From Tubiluchus corallicola (taxonomy: Eukaryota > Animalia > Priapulida), in NCBI GenBank assembly GCA_030141605.1, contig JAQGDQ010000733.1, positions 41,737 through 105,736 of the forward strand: DNA of 64,000 nt, read 5' to 3'. The notes beneath the pieces are model-generated. The model saw only the letters and a program-made list of their open reading frames with translations, was not told the DNA's origin and did not search any database. The position numbers and the translations under genes are program-made. Numbering within the stretch: position 1 is the stretch's first letter; each line of letters opens with the position of its first letter. Below are positions 62,701 through 64,000 of this stretch, one piece after another.

Positions 62701-64000
62701 TAAGGGCTTTTAATAAGGAGTATAAGTAGAGAGAATACTACAAACAAATACACGTGTAAATTGGAAATAATGGCTTTTAATAAAGAGTATAAGTAGAGAG
62801 AATACTACAAACAAATACACGTGTAAATTGGAAATAATGGCTTTTAATAAAGAGTATAAGTAGAGAGAATACTACAAACAAATACACGTGTAAATTGGAA
62901 ATAATGGCTTTTAATAAGGAGTATAAGTAGAGAGAATACTACAAACAAATACACGTGTAAATTGGAAATAAGGGCTTTTAATAATGAGTATAAGTAGAGA
63001 GAATACTACAAACAAATACACGTGTAAATTGGAAATAAGGGCTTTTAATAAAGAGTATAAGTAGAGAGAATACTACAAATAAATACACGTGTAAATTGGA
63101 AATAAGGGCTTTTAATAAAGAGTATAAGTAGAGAGAATACTACAAACAAATACACGTGTAAATTGGAAATAAGGGCTTTTAATAAAGAGTATAAGTAGAG
63201 AGAATACTACAAACAAATACACGTGTAAATTGAAAATAAGGGCTTTTAATAAGGAGTATAAGTAGAGAGAATACTACAAACAAATACACGTGTAAATTGA
63301 AAGTAAGGGCTTTTAATAAGGAGTATAAGTAGAGAGAATACTACAAACAAATACACGTGTAAATTAGAAATAAGGGCTTTTAATAAAGAGTATAAGTAGA
63401 GAGAATACTACAAACAAATACACGTGTAAATTGGAAATAAGGGCTTTTAATAAGGAGTATAAGTAGAGAGAATACTACAAATAAATACCTGTGTAAATTG
63501 AAAATAAGAAATTTTAATGTGTATAATTAGAGAGAATACTACGAATAAATACATGTGTAAATTGGAAATAAAGGCTTTTAATAATGAGTATAAGTAGAGT
63601 GAATACTACAAACAAATACCTGTGTAAATTGAAAATAAGAAATTTTAATGTGTATAATTAGAGAGAATACTACGAATAAATACATGTGTAAATTGGAAAT
63701 AAAGGCTTTTAATAAAGAGTATAAGTAGAGAGAATACTACAAATAAATACACGTGTAAATTGGAAATAAGGGCTTTTAATAAGGAGTATAAGTAGAGAGA
63801 ATACTACAAACAAATACACGTGTAAATTGAAAGTAAGGGCTTTTAATAAGGAGTATAAGTAGAGAGAATACTACAAACAAATACACGTGTAAATTGGAAA
63901 TAAGGGCTTTTAATAAAGAGTATAAGTAGAGAGAATACTACAAACAAATACACGTGTAAATTGGAAATAATGGCTTTTAATAAAGAGTATAAGTAGAGAG
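59705..64000. repeat. 67-bp satellite, more than 60 copies, running off the window; begins after a hAT-like left end at ~59232
   Basis: CACGTG recurs at 60363, 60430 and onward; interspersed variant units (gaaattttaatgtgtataatt). Confidence 0.97.

Overview
Animal (invertebrate-like), repeat-rich genomic DNA; it is not prokaryotic. Most of the window is a + strand cobalamin-dependent methionine synthase gene (MTR). I traced 25 coding exons with consistent GT-AG boundaries and phases, from ATG 5593 to 58618. They cover the homocysteine-binding, pterin/folate-binding, cap and B12-binding domains; the AdoMet reactivation domain lies beyond the window. Head-to-head on the - strand are the first three coding exons of syntaxin-5 (STX5). 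MTR intron 16 holds an intact two-exon, same-strand nested gene for a 268-aa signal peptide-LRRNT-LRR-LRRCT protein with a hydrophobic, GPI-like tail. The introns carry hAT, pogo/mariner, piggyBac, Harbinger-like and foldback-like MITEs, LINE 3' fragments, tRNA- and 5S-derived SINEs, and many tandem arrays. The most unusual observation is that MTR splice sites have themselves been tandemly amplified. The exon 22 acceptor junction forms a ~24 x 42 bp array in which every decoy acceptor leads to an in-frame stop, and the exon 16 donor junction is triplicated (102 bp unit). Exon numbers refer to coding exons in this window; identifications rest on recognised sequence, not database searches.
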